Program-made: the position numbers and the translations under genes
Notes under the pieces: model-generated
What the model was told of the DNA's origin: nothing
Databases searched by the model: none
The model's input: only the letters and a program-made list of their open reading frames with translations
Source of the DNA: Promethearchaeota archaeon
GTDB lineage: Archaea; Asgardarchaeota; Lokiarchaeia; Sigyniarchaeales; SOKP01
Reading direction: 5' to 3'
DNA length: 64,000 nt
NCBI GenBank assembly: GCA_048937405.1
Contig: JBHLNF010000001.1
Location: 128,001 to 192,000 of the forward strand
Shown here: piece by piece, positions 9,798-19,183 of the stretch
Numbering within the stretch: the first letter of the stretch is position 1
Layout of the letters: the number at the start of each line of letters is the position of its first letter

Positions 9798-10649
9798 TTA
9801 AATAAATCTCAAAGAATGGAATATCAACAATAATATTAATATGAATAGTCTCGTAATCTCATTTAAAGCTCCAAGACAATCACCAGTAAGACCACCGAAA
9901 TTTTGATAAGATAAAATTAATACAATAATTAAAGACAGAAGAGTCCCTATGACGAAAATTGTAAAGATTAAAATAGATTGGAGTAAATTCCAAGGCGAAA
10001 TCCCGTTTATTGGAATAAATGTAAACTTAAAAATAAGTATATCATGATATAATAAAATATAATAGGTTCTAATTAATAAAGTGAAATATATTAAAATAAT
10101 CGATAAAATTAATGAGAGAAACATATGTTTTTTCATATTTTTTTGGATAAATAGATCAGCCATCCTAGTTTTAGCAGATTTTCCAATAGAACAGGCAACT
10201 ACCATATTGAATTTAGCACCAATTTCACTCAACATTAAAGATATTAGAATAATATTCATTGAGTAAGAGATGGTTATTCCAGTTAGTATTAATATTATAA
10301 AACCTAGTGTAAAACCTCCTGCCCCTATAGTTGACTCGTGCATTACTTCTTTCTTCCGCTCAGGAGGACCTGATGCCATTAAACCATCTCCAAAATCAAT
10401 TAAACCATCAGTATGATGAATACCTGTCATTAATAGTAGTAATCCTAGGACAATGAACCCCACTATTAAAGACGGAAGAATACTGAATAAAATTAGACTT
10501 ATAATGCTAGATATTAATCCAAGTACGAATCCTACAAAAGGGAATAACCAAATATATGGTGCGATATCTTCTTGAATATCAACTTTTCCTCTAATAGGAA
10601 ATCTAGTTAAAAAAGAAAAGCAATTTTTAATTTTGTTTAGAATTCTCAA
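9798..10649 (-). CDS. cobS: adenosylcobinamide-GDP ribazoletransferase (cobalamin synthase)
   Basis: FLTRFP, TGIHHTDGLIDFGDG, FGGLTGDCLGA; multi-TM; GGAGGT upstream of the TTG start. Confidence 0.93.
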   Translation of the reverse strand: MRILNKIKNCFSFLTRFPIRGKVDIQEDIAPYIWLFPFVGFVLGLISSIISLILFSILPSLIVGFIVLGLLLLMTGIHHTDGLIDFGDGLMASGPPERKKEVMHESTIGAGGFTLGFIILILTGITISYSMNIILISLMLSEIGAKFNMVVACSIGKSAKTRMADLFIQKNMKKHMFLSLILSIILIYFTLLIRTYYILLYHDILIFKFTFIPINGISPWNLLQSILIFTIFVIGTLLSLIIVLILSYQNFGGLTGDCLGALNEITRLFILILLLIFHSLRFI

Positions 10650-10655
10650 TTCTCA

Positions 10656-10838
10656 TTACCTCCTTGCTCCTAATACTCTCTTAAGTGCATCAGTATCACA
10701 TTGAACTATAGAAGATCGTACTTTTTTTGCTTGTTTTATATTACCATAATTAGAAATAATGCTAATGTCGTTCTCGCTAAAAAAGTCATTCAAATTTGGG
10801 ATATAACTATTATACCATTTTACATTCATGATAACCAC
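10656..10838 (-). CDS. small ORF between cbiB and cobS (possible gene relic)
   Basis: Exactly fills the cbiB-cobS gap on the operon strand; no recognisable motif. Confidence 0.35.
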   Translation of the reverse strand: MVIMNVKWYNSYIPNLNDFFSENDISIISNYGNIKQAKKVRSSIVQCDTDALKRVLGARR

Positions 10839-10841
10839 AAT

Positions 10842-11921
10842 TTAAAATGTAAAAATCAAAAACATTATTAAAATAATAATTATAGAAAGAATTACTATAA
10901 ATAATAGAGCTGCTAATCGAACAATTCTAAAAGTTGTTCTAATATCTTCTGGTCTAAGCGTTTTATTGGAAATTCCTAACTTATAAGATCCTATTTTCTC
11001 AAGTTGAACATTTAATAATCCTGCCATAGTACCCATTGTCCATCCTCCATTAACGCTTTCTGTATGATTTTTATCTGATTTTAAAATCTTCCATGCATTT
11101 TTCACATCTTTTTTCAAAATTTTGCCGGCTAATAATAATAGTAATACAGTAAGACGTGTGGGGAAAAAATTGGAAAGATCATCCATTCTTGCTGAAAACC
11201 ATCCAATATCTATATTTTCAGAATCTTTATATCCCACAATACTATCAGCAGTATTGATAATGCGGAAAATATAAGCGGAGGGTATTCCTAAGAACAACCA
11301 GAAAACATGATGGTGAATATAAGTAAAAAAACTTGCTCCTAATAAATTTCCAATTAGAAAAAACCAAAATACACTGGTAACTGCATCAGTAGAACTTTCA
11401 GCTATAACTTCAACAGCAGCCGAAATTATATGAGAATTATCAAGTGTTTCAGTATCTCGGCGAACTATAAAAGATAGCTCTTTTTTTGCTTTTTCTATAT
11501 CACCATGTTTTAGATGCTCTCCAATAGGAATTGTGGTATCTCCTAAATTTTTGATTGCAAATGACCATTTTAAAATAAAGCCAAAAATGAATGAAATAAG
11601 GAGAATATCGAGGAAATTAATATTATTTAAACTAGAAGAATCCCAAATTTTCCATATCCACCAAATAAAGACCTGAACAAGAAATAGTGGTATGCAAAAT
11701 ATTAAAAAAGCAAATACTAATAGAAAAACCCCAAAAATTTTATCCAAAATTCTTTTATCACATTTCAATCTTAGTTTTAACCAGTTAATTACATTACCGA
11801 TTATATTTACAGGATGATATTTTAAGTGGGGATCTCCAATTATAAAATCGATAATAACAGAGAAAAATATTGTCAAAATAACTAAAAGAATGAAATAAGA
11901 TGGAAAAAGCGCGATATCCAA
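10842..11921 (-). CDS. cbiB: adenosylcobinamide-phosphate synthase CbiB
   Basis: GDP...HPV, IVRRDT, AESSTD, RIINTADSIVGYK, GWFSARMDD, NGGWTMGTMAGLL. Confidence 0.93.
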   Translation of the reverse strand: MDIALFPSYFILLVILTIFFSVIIDFIIGDPHLKYHPVNIIGNVINWLKLRLKCDKRILDKIFGVFLLVFAFLIFCIPLFLVQVFIWWIWKIWDSSSLNNINFLDILLISFIFGFILKWSFAIKNLGDTTIPIGEHLKHGDIEKAKKELSFIVRRDTETLDNSHIISAAVEVIAESSTDAVTSVFWFFLIGNLLGASFFTYIHHHVFWLFLGIPSAYIFRIINTADSIVGYKDSENIDIGWFSARMDDLSNFFPTRLTVLLLLLAGKILKKDVKNAWKILKSDKNHTESVNGGWTMGTMAGLLNVQLEKIGSYKLGISNKTLRPEDIRTTFRIVRLAALLFIVILSIIIILIMFLIFTF

Positions 11922-11930
11922 TTATGACAC

Positions 11931-13448
11931 CTATATATTTACTAATTTTTTAATTTCTTGAAGATTTATACTTTTTAATACAGTATTAGCATACTTCTGT
12001 ATGTTCTCCTCTACTATACTTTTGTAAATTGTCTTTTTTTTTTTTCTCTTGACCCCTTTTCTCCTATATATATGTTTAATGAATCTTTCCCTAAAATCAT
12101 CATTATCCCATAATCCATGAATATAACAACCAAAAACATTTTTATTTTTATTAATTGCTCCAATAAAACTGTTAACGGATTTTACATCAGAGTTTATTAT
12201 TCTTAACAAGGGCATTGCTCCAGCTTCATATTTAGTTTTTCCCATATGTATTTCATATCCATTAATTTTTTGACTATTGAGGAAAGGTAACCCAATAAAC
12301 TCTGCTAGTATTTGTTTTGTTATCTTATTATAATCTAAAAATTCAGTTTGAATAGGTAATAATCCTAATCCTTCAAATTCTCCAATAGAGTCACTTTCAA
12401 TCTTATTGTCTATTACTTTTCTTCCTAATATTTGATACCCTCCACACACACCAATTATTAAAGTTCCAACTTGGTTTAATTGTTTTAATTTGTCAGAAAA
12501 GCCACTCTCTTTCATCCATTTCAAGCTTTCTACTGTATTTTTAGTTCCTGGTATAATAATAACATCAGAATTATCCAGTTGCTCTGGAAGAGAAACATAG
12601 GATATATGGATATCTTCCTCCCAATTTAATACTTCAAAGTCAGTAAAATTAGAAATTTTTGGTAAATTAATAACCTTAATATCTAAGAATCCACCGCCTT
12701 CACTTTTTTCCATAGAAAGTGAATCTTCAGCAGGTATTTTTAAATTAGATAAATAGGGTATTACACCACTACACTTAAGACCTAATAATTTTTCTAAGTC
12801 TTCTATTCCTGACTTTAAAAGAGTTATATCTCCACGGAATTTATTGATAACAAACATTTTTATTAGATTTTGTTCCTCCATACTAAGCAATTTGATTGTT
12901 CCATAAATTGATGCAAAAACTCCACCTCGATCAATATCGGCAATTAATATCACAGGGGCATCAGCTAACTTTGCAACAAACATATTTGCTATTTCCTTAT
13001 CCATTAAGTTTATTTCAGCGGGGCTACCAGCCCCCTCAATTATAACAATATCATAATTTTCTCTAAGATAATTGAGAGCGCTTTTTATATAAGGTTTAAA
13101 TTTTGGAACATATTTGGTGTAATATTCTTTTACCTTTGTATCTGCATAAGGTTTTCCCATAAGTATTATTTGAGAAGTTGCATCTCCTTTAGGTTTTAAT
13201 AAAATAGGATTGAACTCTGCAATAACTTCTGACCTAGAAGCTAAAGCTTGCACAACTTGAGAACGAGCAACTTCTTTTCCATCTTTAGTGACGAACGAGT
13301 TTAAGGACATATTTTGTGCTTTAAAGGGTGCAACTTTATACCCCATATCACTAAAAATTCTACATAAAGCAGTGACTAACATTGATTTACCTGCATGAGA
13401 AGTTGTTCCCTGGATCATTAAAACTTTCCCGAGCATTCCTACAACCAT
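11931..13448 (-). CDS. cbiP: cobyric acid synthase
   Basis: QGTTSHAGKS, PFKAQNMSLNS, EGAGSPAEINL, DIDRGG, GVCGGYQILG, GYEIH, YIHG. Confidence 0.96.
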   Translation of the reverse strand: MVVGMLGKVLMIQGTTSHAGKSMLVTALCRIFSDMGYKVAPFKAQNMSLNSFVTKDGKEVARSQVVQALASRSEVIAEFNPILLKPKGDATSQIILMGKPYADTKVKEYYTKYVPKFKPYIKSALNYLRENYDIVIIEGAGSPAEINLMDKEIANMFVAKLADAPVILIADIDRGGVFASIYGTIKLLSMEEQNLIKMFVINKFRGDITLLKSGIEDLEKLLGLKCSGVIPYLSNLKIPAEDSLSMEKSEGGGFLDIKVINLPKISNFTDFEVLNWEEDIHISYVSLPEQLDNSDVIIIPGTKNTVESLKWMKESGFSDKLKQLNQVGTLIIGVCGGYQILGRKVIDNKIESDSIGEFEGLGLLPIQTEFLDYNKITKQILAEFIGLPFLNSQKINGYEIHMGKTKYEAGAMPLLRIINSDVKSVNSFIGAINKNKNVFGCYIHGLWDNDDFRERFIKHIYRRKGVKRKKKKTIYKSIVEENIQKYANTVLKSINLQEIKKLVNI

Positions 13449-13808
13449 CTATTTTTTAATATTTTCCAATATTTTAGAACGTAATTTTAATAATTCTTCT
13501 CTTGAAATTTCTTCAAATTTTTTTTTATAACTTATCAAACCTTCAAGGATTAATTCTGAATTTTTCATTTTATGTATAAAAAGACAATTAGAACATGCCC
13601 AAATAGGTTTTTGTGTATTAGAGTTTATCTTTTCAAATCCTCTAGTATCAATTTCATTACAAGGATAAAAAGGGCAATAGCAGAATGTACAATCTTCTAA
13701 TCCATCATGACATGGTAAATAATCACATGATTTATCAAGACCAGTTAAACTTTTTCTTTTTATTGCTCTATTTATCAAAATCTTACCTTTTTCCAGCATC
13801 TCAGTCAT
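13449..13808 (-). CDS. cysteine-rich small domain protein (cob-cluster associated)
   Basis: CDYLPCH...CTFCYCPFYPC...WACSNCLFIH. Confidence 0.8.
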   Translation of the reverse strand: MTEMLEKGKILINRAIKRKSLTGLDKSCDYLPCHDGLEDCTFCYCPFYPCNEIDTRGFEKINSNTQKPIWACSNCLFIHKMKNSELILEGLISYKKKFEEISREELLKLRSKILENIKK

Positions 13809-13828
13809 CTCTTTAACTATTTACTTGA

Positions 13829-14950
13829 TTATATTATAGATTTTAAAGTTTGAATTAATTTTATATTAGACTCTCGATCTTTTACTGAAATCCTTATATA
13901 ATAATTATCCAAATATTTAAAATTAGAACAATCTCTTATTAGAATATTCTTTTCTAATAAAATCTTCTTTAATTCATGAGATCTAATTCCAGTATTTTCA
14001 ATATTGATTAATATAAAGTTAGTGCGAGTAGTGAATAATTTTAGTTTTGGTATTCTACTTAATTCGGAAATTAGAAAATTTCTTTCTTTATTAACAAAAG
14101 AAATCGAACTTTTTATAAAATTATTATAATATAACATTTTTTCGGCAAATTTTTGACCAATACAATTAACTGACCATAAATTTTGAGCTTTCTTCATATG
14201 TTTTATTAAAACTAAATCCCCTACCCCAAATCCTATTCGAAGTCCTGGAATTCCAAAAAATTTCGTAAAACTGCGACTAACAAAGAGATTTTTATATTTA
14301 TTAATCTTATTAATAAATGAATTTTCTTCACCTGTGAATTCAATAAAAGCTTCATCAAGAAAGACCAAGATATTTCTATCTAATGAAAATTTTATTATCT
14401 CTTCAATATCATTAAAATTTTCCAAATTCCCATTTGGATTGTTAGGATTACAAATAAATATAGCTTTTGTTTGGGGATCAATTCTTGACATAATTGGATG
14501 TTTCTCAAGCTTGAAATTATTCTGAAGATCCCTGGGGATATTGATTATATCTCCAAGATTTTTTCGAATAGCCCACTCATATTCAGAAAAGGTAGGTTGA
14601 GAAATTATTATATTATCATTGGGCTCAATAAATATATCACAAAAATTAGTAATTAATTCCATGGAACCAGCTCCAATAATAATATTTTCTAATTTAATTC
14701 TATTACTAAAGTAACTTACTAATCTTTCTTTTAGTATTAAAGATTCTGAATCAGGATATTTTTGGATTTCTGATAAACTTTCCTTAAACCATTCAGAATA
14801 CTTATTAGAAGCATTTAATGGATTAATATTTATACTAAAGTCTATTATTTCAGATTTACCTTTAAATATTTTTTTCTTATATATTTCACCTCCATGTCTT
14901 TTATGGATTAAATCTTTCTTTTTTTTGTTTATAATTTTATCAAAATCCAT
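13829..14950 (-). CDS. cobD: L-threonine-O-3-phosphate decarboxylase (PLP, HisC-like)
   Basis: HGG, DFSININPL, CNPNNPNG, DEAFIEF, RSFTKFFGIPGLRIG, IRDCSNF; cob context. Confidence 0.88.
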   Translation of the reverse strand: MDFDKIINKKKKDLIHKRHGGEIYKKKIFKGKSEIIDFSININPLNASNKYSEWFKESLSEIQKYPDSESLILKERLVSYFSNRIKLENIIIGAGSMELITNFCDIFIEPNDNIIISQPTFSEYEWAIRKNLGDIINIPRDLQNNFKLEKHPIMSRIDPQTKAIFICNPNNPNGNLENFNDIEEIIKFSLDRNILVFLDEAFIEFTGEENSFINKINKYKNLFVSRSFTKFFGIPGLRIGFGVGDLVLIKHMKKAQNLWSVNCIGQKFAEKMLYYNNFIKSSISFVNKERNFLISELSRIPKLKLFTTRTNFILINIENTGIRSHELKKILLEKNILIRDCSNFKYLDNYYIRISVKDRESNIKLIQTLKSII

Positions 14951-14965
14951 TATAATTAATCCTTT

Positions 14966-16210
14966 TTATTCTGATATTTTCTGAAAAAGCGTTTCTAAAT
15001 TATTTACAACCATAACATTACTTTTATTAATTAAATTTAGGTAAACATTTGTTGCTAACCCTCCAGTAAAATCTCGATTTTCAATTGGTTCTAATTCATA
15101 AATAATAATTTTTTTTTCGCATTCATTTAGAATATGTAAATTCTCTATATTATTATAACCAAAAGGCATATTTCCCAGAATTATAAGATCTACGTTTTCT
15201 AATACTTTCCTTAATTTATTCTTAGATTCTTCAGAAATTGGAGAGAATGGTGCTTCTGAAATAATCCTATAATTTAGTTCATTTGCTAATGAAAAATCAT
15301 CATCTAAAACATTCAAAATACCAATACTAACTATATTATTTTTTAATTTTGGTAGAATTTCTAATGCAGATCCACCTCCAGCTATTACATGAATCCTTTT
15401 TCCTTCTTTTAATTTACATTTTCTTGAAATATGAGATCTATCTTTTAATGGAGTAATATAAATAGAATTTGTGAATAAATTTTTTCGAATTGCAATTTCT
15501 ATATTATACACAGATAGAATATTTTCCTTTGTTATTGTTTCTTCAATTGATCCAAAAGCTTCAATATGCCCAGCATTTAATAGAATGATCTTATCACAAA
15601 ATAAAGTTGCTAAATTTAAATCATGCAGAACGATTATAACGATTAGTCCATCCTTGACGTAATTTTTTAACATTTCCATTAATTCAATTTTATAGTTAAG
15701 ATCTAACTGCGATGTTGGCTCATCTAATAAAAGAACTTCACTTTCTTGAGCAATTGCCCTACTAATAATAACTTTTTGTTGTTCTCCACCACTCAATTCA
15801 TTAAATCCTCTGTGTTGTATTTCAGTTAAATTAAATTTATTTAAAATTTGATCAACAACATTAATATCCTTTATAGATTCTCTTGAAAAGCGTCCTACAT
15901 GTGAATATCTTCCCATTTTAATAATTTCTCTTACTGAAAAATCAAAATTAATTGATGTTGATTGAGGAACTATTGCTATTTTTTTCGCTATTTCACGTAT
16001 CATTAATTTGTTAATATTATCTTCATCAATTAAGACTTTTCCATAATTAGTTTTTAAGATCCCACTAAGAATTTTTAAAAAAGTAGATTTTCCACACCCA
16101 TTTGGGCCTATTATTCCATAAAGATAACCCTTTTCAAACTGCATAGATATATTGTTTAAAACTTCTTTTGTCCCATATTGAAAACTAATATTTTCACATT
16201 TAATAGTCAT
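14966..16210 (-). CDS. btuD: corrinoid ABC transporter ATPase with C-terminal extension
   Basis: GPNGCGKS, LSGGEQQ, LLDEPT, LHDLN; extra ~150-aa C-terminal domain starting HVIAGGGS. Confidence 0.85.
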   Translation of the reverse strand: MTIKCENISFQYGTKEVLNNISMQFEKGYLYGIIGPNGCGKSTFLKILSGILKTNYGKVLIDEDNINKLMIREIAKKIAIVPQSTSINFDFSVREIIKMGRYSHVGRFSRESIKDINVVDQILNKFNLTEIQHRGFNELSGGEQQKVIISRAIAQESEVLLLDEPTSQLDLNYKIELMEMLKNYVKDGLIVIIVLHDLNLATLFCDKIILLNAGHIEAFGSIEETITKENILSVYNIEIAIRKNLFTNSIYITPLKDRSHISRKCKLKEGKRIHVIAGGGSALEILPKLKNNIVSIGILNVLDDDFSLANELNYRIISEAPFSPISEESKNKLRKVLENVDLIILGNMPFGYNNIENLHILNECEKKIIIYELEPIENRDFTGGLATNVYLNLINKSNVMVVNNLETLFQKISE

Positions 16211-17241
16211 TACCCTAATTCACCTTTTCTTTTTTTTTTAACAATTAAATAGAGAAAAAATGGTCCACCCATCAACGCAGTGAATATTCCAACGGGTATT
16301 TCGAGAGGTGCTATCAATGTTCGAGCGAAAATGTCTGCCCATAATAATAATAATCCTCCAATTAATGCACTATAGGGAATTAATTTTTGGTTATTACTTC
16401 CAATTAGTAATCTTATAGTATGGGGAACAATTAATCCAATAAAGCCAATACTACCACAAAATGCCACAGCTGTGGAAGTTAATAATGTCATTAAAAATAA
16501 AATTATTTTTTTTGATTGCTCAACATTAACACCCATTGACTGCGCCGTTTCATCTCCAAATACCATTAAATTTAAATCACGACCATAAAAAAACAATATT
16601 ATTGTGCTTGGAACCATAACAAGTAACACGATATAAAATTCAATCCAAGTTATGCCCCATAAACTTCCCATTAAATAAATAAGAATTGTATGAGCTTTAT
16701 CTTCGGAAAAAAATAAGATAAAACTGGTAAGGGCAGAAAAAAAGAAAGATATGGCAATCCCCGCTAATAAAAGAACAGTTGTTGATATTCTATATGTTGT
16801 TTTAGATAATTCATATACAATGGAAATTGATAATATAGCAAATAGAAACGCAACAAGTGGAATTGTTAATAAACTAAAAAAGCCAAGCACAAGTACTACC
16901 ATTAGGGCGGTCCCAAATCCTGCTGCTGCTGAAACACCAATAATATAAGGATCAGCAAGAGGATTCTTTAATATTCCCTGAGCGGCTACTCCCGCAACTC
17001 CTAGCATTGCACCAATAACAACAGCCATTAATACTCTTGGCATTCGTATAGTTAAAATGATAGTTTCTTCTCCCGCATCATAAGTTCTTGGAATATTAAA
17101 TCCAATTTTATTCATTATAATAATCCATACTTTAGGAAATTCGATTTCGACAGAGCCAATTGAAATTGCAAATATTACACTAAAAAATAAGAAAATTGAA
17201 AGAAAAAGAGGTAAAAAAATATTAATAGCTTTTTTTTTCAT
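16210..17241 (-). CDS. btuC: corrinoid ABC transporter permease (FecCD family)
   Basis: RMPR, KNPLADPYIIGVS, GSIGFIGLIVPH, EIPVG, GGPFF. Confidence 0.88.
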   Translation of the reverse strand: MKKKAINIFLPLFLSIFLFFSVIFAISIGSVEIEFPKVWIIIMNKIGFNIPRTYDAGEETIILTIRMPRVLMAVVIGAMLGVAGVAAQGILKNPLADPYIIGVSAAAGFGTALMVVLVLGFFSLLTIPLVAFLFAILSISIVYELSKTTYRISTTVLLLAGIAISFFFSALTSFILFFSEDKAHTILIYLMGSLWGITWIEFYIVLLVMVPSTIILFFYGRDLNLMVFGDETAQSMGVNVEQSKKIILFLMTLLTSTAVAFCGSIGFIGLIVPHTIRLLIGSNNQKLIPYSALIGGLLLLWADIFARTLIAPLEIPVGIFTALMGGPFFLYLIVKKKRKGELG

Positions 17242-17283
17242 ATTCTTTTAAATTAAAGATTTGGTTCTTTTTTTAGATTATTT

Positions 17284-18237
17284 TTAATCCAATATCCCTG
17301 GATATAGAGCTAATGTCATGTTAATTAACGCATCAATTATTCGAGGTCCTGCTCTTGTGAACTTGTCATCATCGCATATATATATTCGATTATTTATTAC
17401 TGCATTAACAACATCATAACCACTTCTTTCAGCAATGTTGCTTTCATAATAATCTCTTCCCATTGCAGTAATAAAAATTACTTCAGGATTATTGCTTATA
17501 ACCGATTCATGACTCACTATTGGATATTCCTCTTGTATATCACCAAAGATGTTTATACCCCCAGCTTTTTTAATCATATCATCAATGAAAGATTTAGCCC
17601 CCGCTACTTTTGGAGTTTCCCATACCTCAAAATAACAGGTTAACTTGTCACTATTATTTATTTGTGATGTTTCAGCTGTAATTAAATTCATTCTAGCTTT
17701 CAAGGAATCCAAAAAGTCTTTACTCTTCTCTTTTTCATCGATTAGCCACCCAATATCCTCAATATTCTTAAAAATATCACTGATTGAATTCGCTATGAGA
17801 ATAACAACCGTGATATTATAATAATCTAATTGATCAATTATATCTGGATCATCCCTTGCTCCTATGACTAAATCGGGCTCTAAACTTACTATAATTTCAA
17901 TATTTGGAGTAGAAAAACCTCCTATACTTGTTTTATTTTTTGTCTCCTCTGGATAATTGCAGTAGCTGGTAACAGCAACTAATTTATCTTCTGCTTCAAC
18001 AGCATATAATATTTCTGTTATGGCAGGGGCCATAGATATAATTTTTTCAGGATATTCTGGAACTTCTACCTCTCTACCTAGTGAATCCTCAAATAATCTT
18101 ATTTCATTTCCTTCTGGATTACAAATATCTCCAACAATAATATTAACTATGATTAAACTTGATATGAGTAATACTATTGTCAAACTGAGTAATACAATTT
18201 TAAATATACCTTTCATTTTTTTTCTCTTTATTTTCAT
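17284..18237 (-). CDS. btuF: corrinoid ABC transporter substrate-binding protein
   Basis: N-terminal TM anchor, DSLGREV, ISMAPAITEILYA, CNYPEE, LEPDLV, RAGPRI. Confidence 0.85.
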   Translation of the reverse strand: MKIKRKKMKGIFKIVLLSLTIVLLISSLIIVNIIVGDICNPEGNEIRLFEDSLGREVEVPEYPEKIISMAPAITEILYAVEAEDKLVAVTSYCNYPEETKNKTSIGGFSTPNIEIIVSLEPDLVIGARDDPDIIDQLDYYNITVVILIANSISDIFKNIEDIGWLIDEKEKSKDFLDSLKARMNLITAETSQINNSDKLTCYFEVWETPKVAGAKSFIDDMIKKAGGINIFGDIQEEYPIVSHESVISNNPEVIFITAMGRDYYESNIAERSGYDVVNAVINNRIYICDDDKFTRAGPRIIDALINMTLALYPGILD

Positions 18238-18245
18238 TAAGAATT

Positions 18246-18911
18246 TTAAGAATACTCAAGAATATTCAAATACCAATAATTATCTCTTAAAATTGAGTTA
18301 TGTTGTTTAATATTTATTTTCTCTTTGAATAAGGGACAATCAGTTACAAATGTATGAAATTCACCTAACTCCCCACATGTATTAATTTGATTATCTTTAA
18401 GATATTCAAAATAACTTTTATCTAAAAATTGACCAAGCCATTTTTTATTAATTAAATTTGCTTTTAAGCTAACAATAATTGCTTTAAATCCCACTTCAAT
18501 TAACTCAAGGTAAATGTCATCGGCTGAGTATCCCCAAAGCGGTTCAACAGCTTGGACTCCTAATTCTCCACATACATTTTCTGCCCATTTCTTATGTTTT
18601 TGAATTTCAAACTCTTCTAAATAAATATCTCCAAAAATTATCCCCTTTAAACTATTTTTAATTAATGGCTTAATAATTCTTTTGAACTCTTGTGTATAAT
18701 TATTCCAACTGATTTCTTGTTGTATAAGTGGTATATGCATAGATTTTGCTTGTAATTGTATTAGTTCAGTATTTATATTATGGGTATCAATCTTCTTAGA
18801 TTCTTTAGAAACTAAATTTATTAGATGAGATATATTATATCCTTCACTAATTGCCTTGAAACATGCAAAGCAGCAATCTTTTCCACCGCTCCAAGAAACT
18901 AAATAGCTCAT
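18246..18911 (-). CDS. PP-loop ATPase of the DUF71/diphthine-ammonia ligase family (likely B12-salvage subgroup)
   Basis: SWSGGKDC, FGDI, EPLW, CGELGEFHTFVTDCPLF; first gene of the btu/cob run. Confidence 0.8.
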   Translation of the reverse strand: MSYLVSWSGGKDCCFACFKAISEGYNISHLINLVSKESKKIDTHNINTELIQLQAKSMHIPLIQQEISWNNYTQEFKRIIKPLIKNSLKGIIFGDIYLEEFEIQKHKKWAENVCGELGVQAVEPLWGYSADDIYLELIEVGFKAIIVSLKANLINKKWLGQFLDKSYFEYLKDNQINTCGELGEFHTFVTDCPLFKEKINIKQHNSILRDNYWYLNILEYS

Positions 18912-18936
18912 TTTTATATTTTTATTTTGAATTAAT

Positions 18937-18958
18937 TTATAGGAAATTTATCCTATAA
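18937..18958. promoter_or_regulatory. palindromic operator-like site 1 (TTATAGG-aaatttat-CCTATAA)
   Basis: Perfect 7-bp arms with 8-bp spacer, 26-47 bp upstream of the 18911 start codon. Confidence 0.65.
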
Positions 18959-18997
18959 AAAATTATTTAATAAAGTAATGTACTAATGTTTTTAAAG

Positions 18998-19019
18998 TTA
19001 TAGGTTAAGTTTCCTATAA
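18998..19019. promoter_or_regulatory. palindromic operator-like site 2 (TTATAGG-ttaagttt-CCTATAA)
   Basis: Same arms and spacing as site 1; 20/22 identical to the reverse complement of site 1. Confidence 0.65.
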
Positions 19020-19183
19020 TTTTTAAATAAAATTTAATTAATTCATTTAACGACATTTGAATGTCGTTTTGTTCGAATGATTTAAAATATCTAAAAATAA
19101 GGAGATTTCTCAATAAATGAGAATACATCTTCAATAGCAATTTAAAAAATTTAAAAGAAACTCTGTTAAAATAGCGAATATTA

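Noticed and set aside
18912-19183. Cobalamin riboswitch upstream of the btu/cob genes
   Set aside because: No B12-box or GC-paired core; the region is extremely AT-rich and only the DNA palindromes stand out
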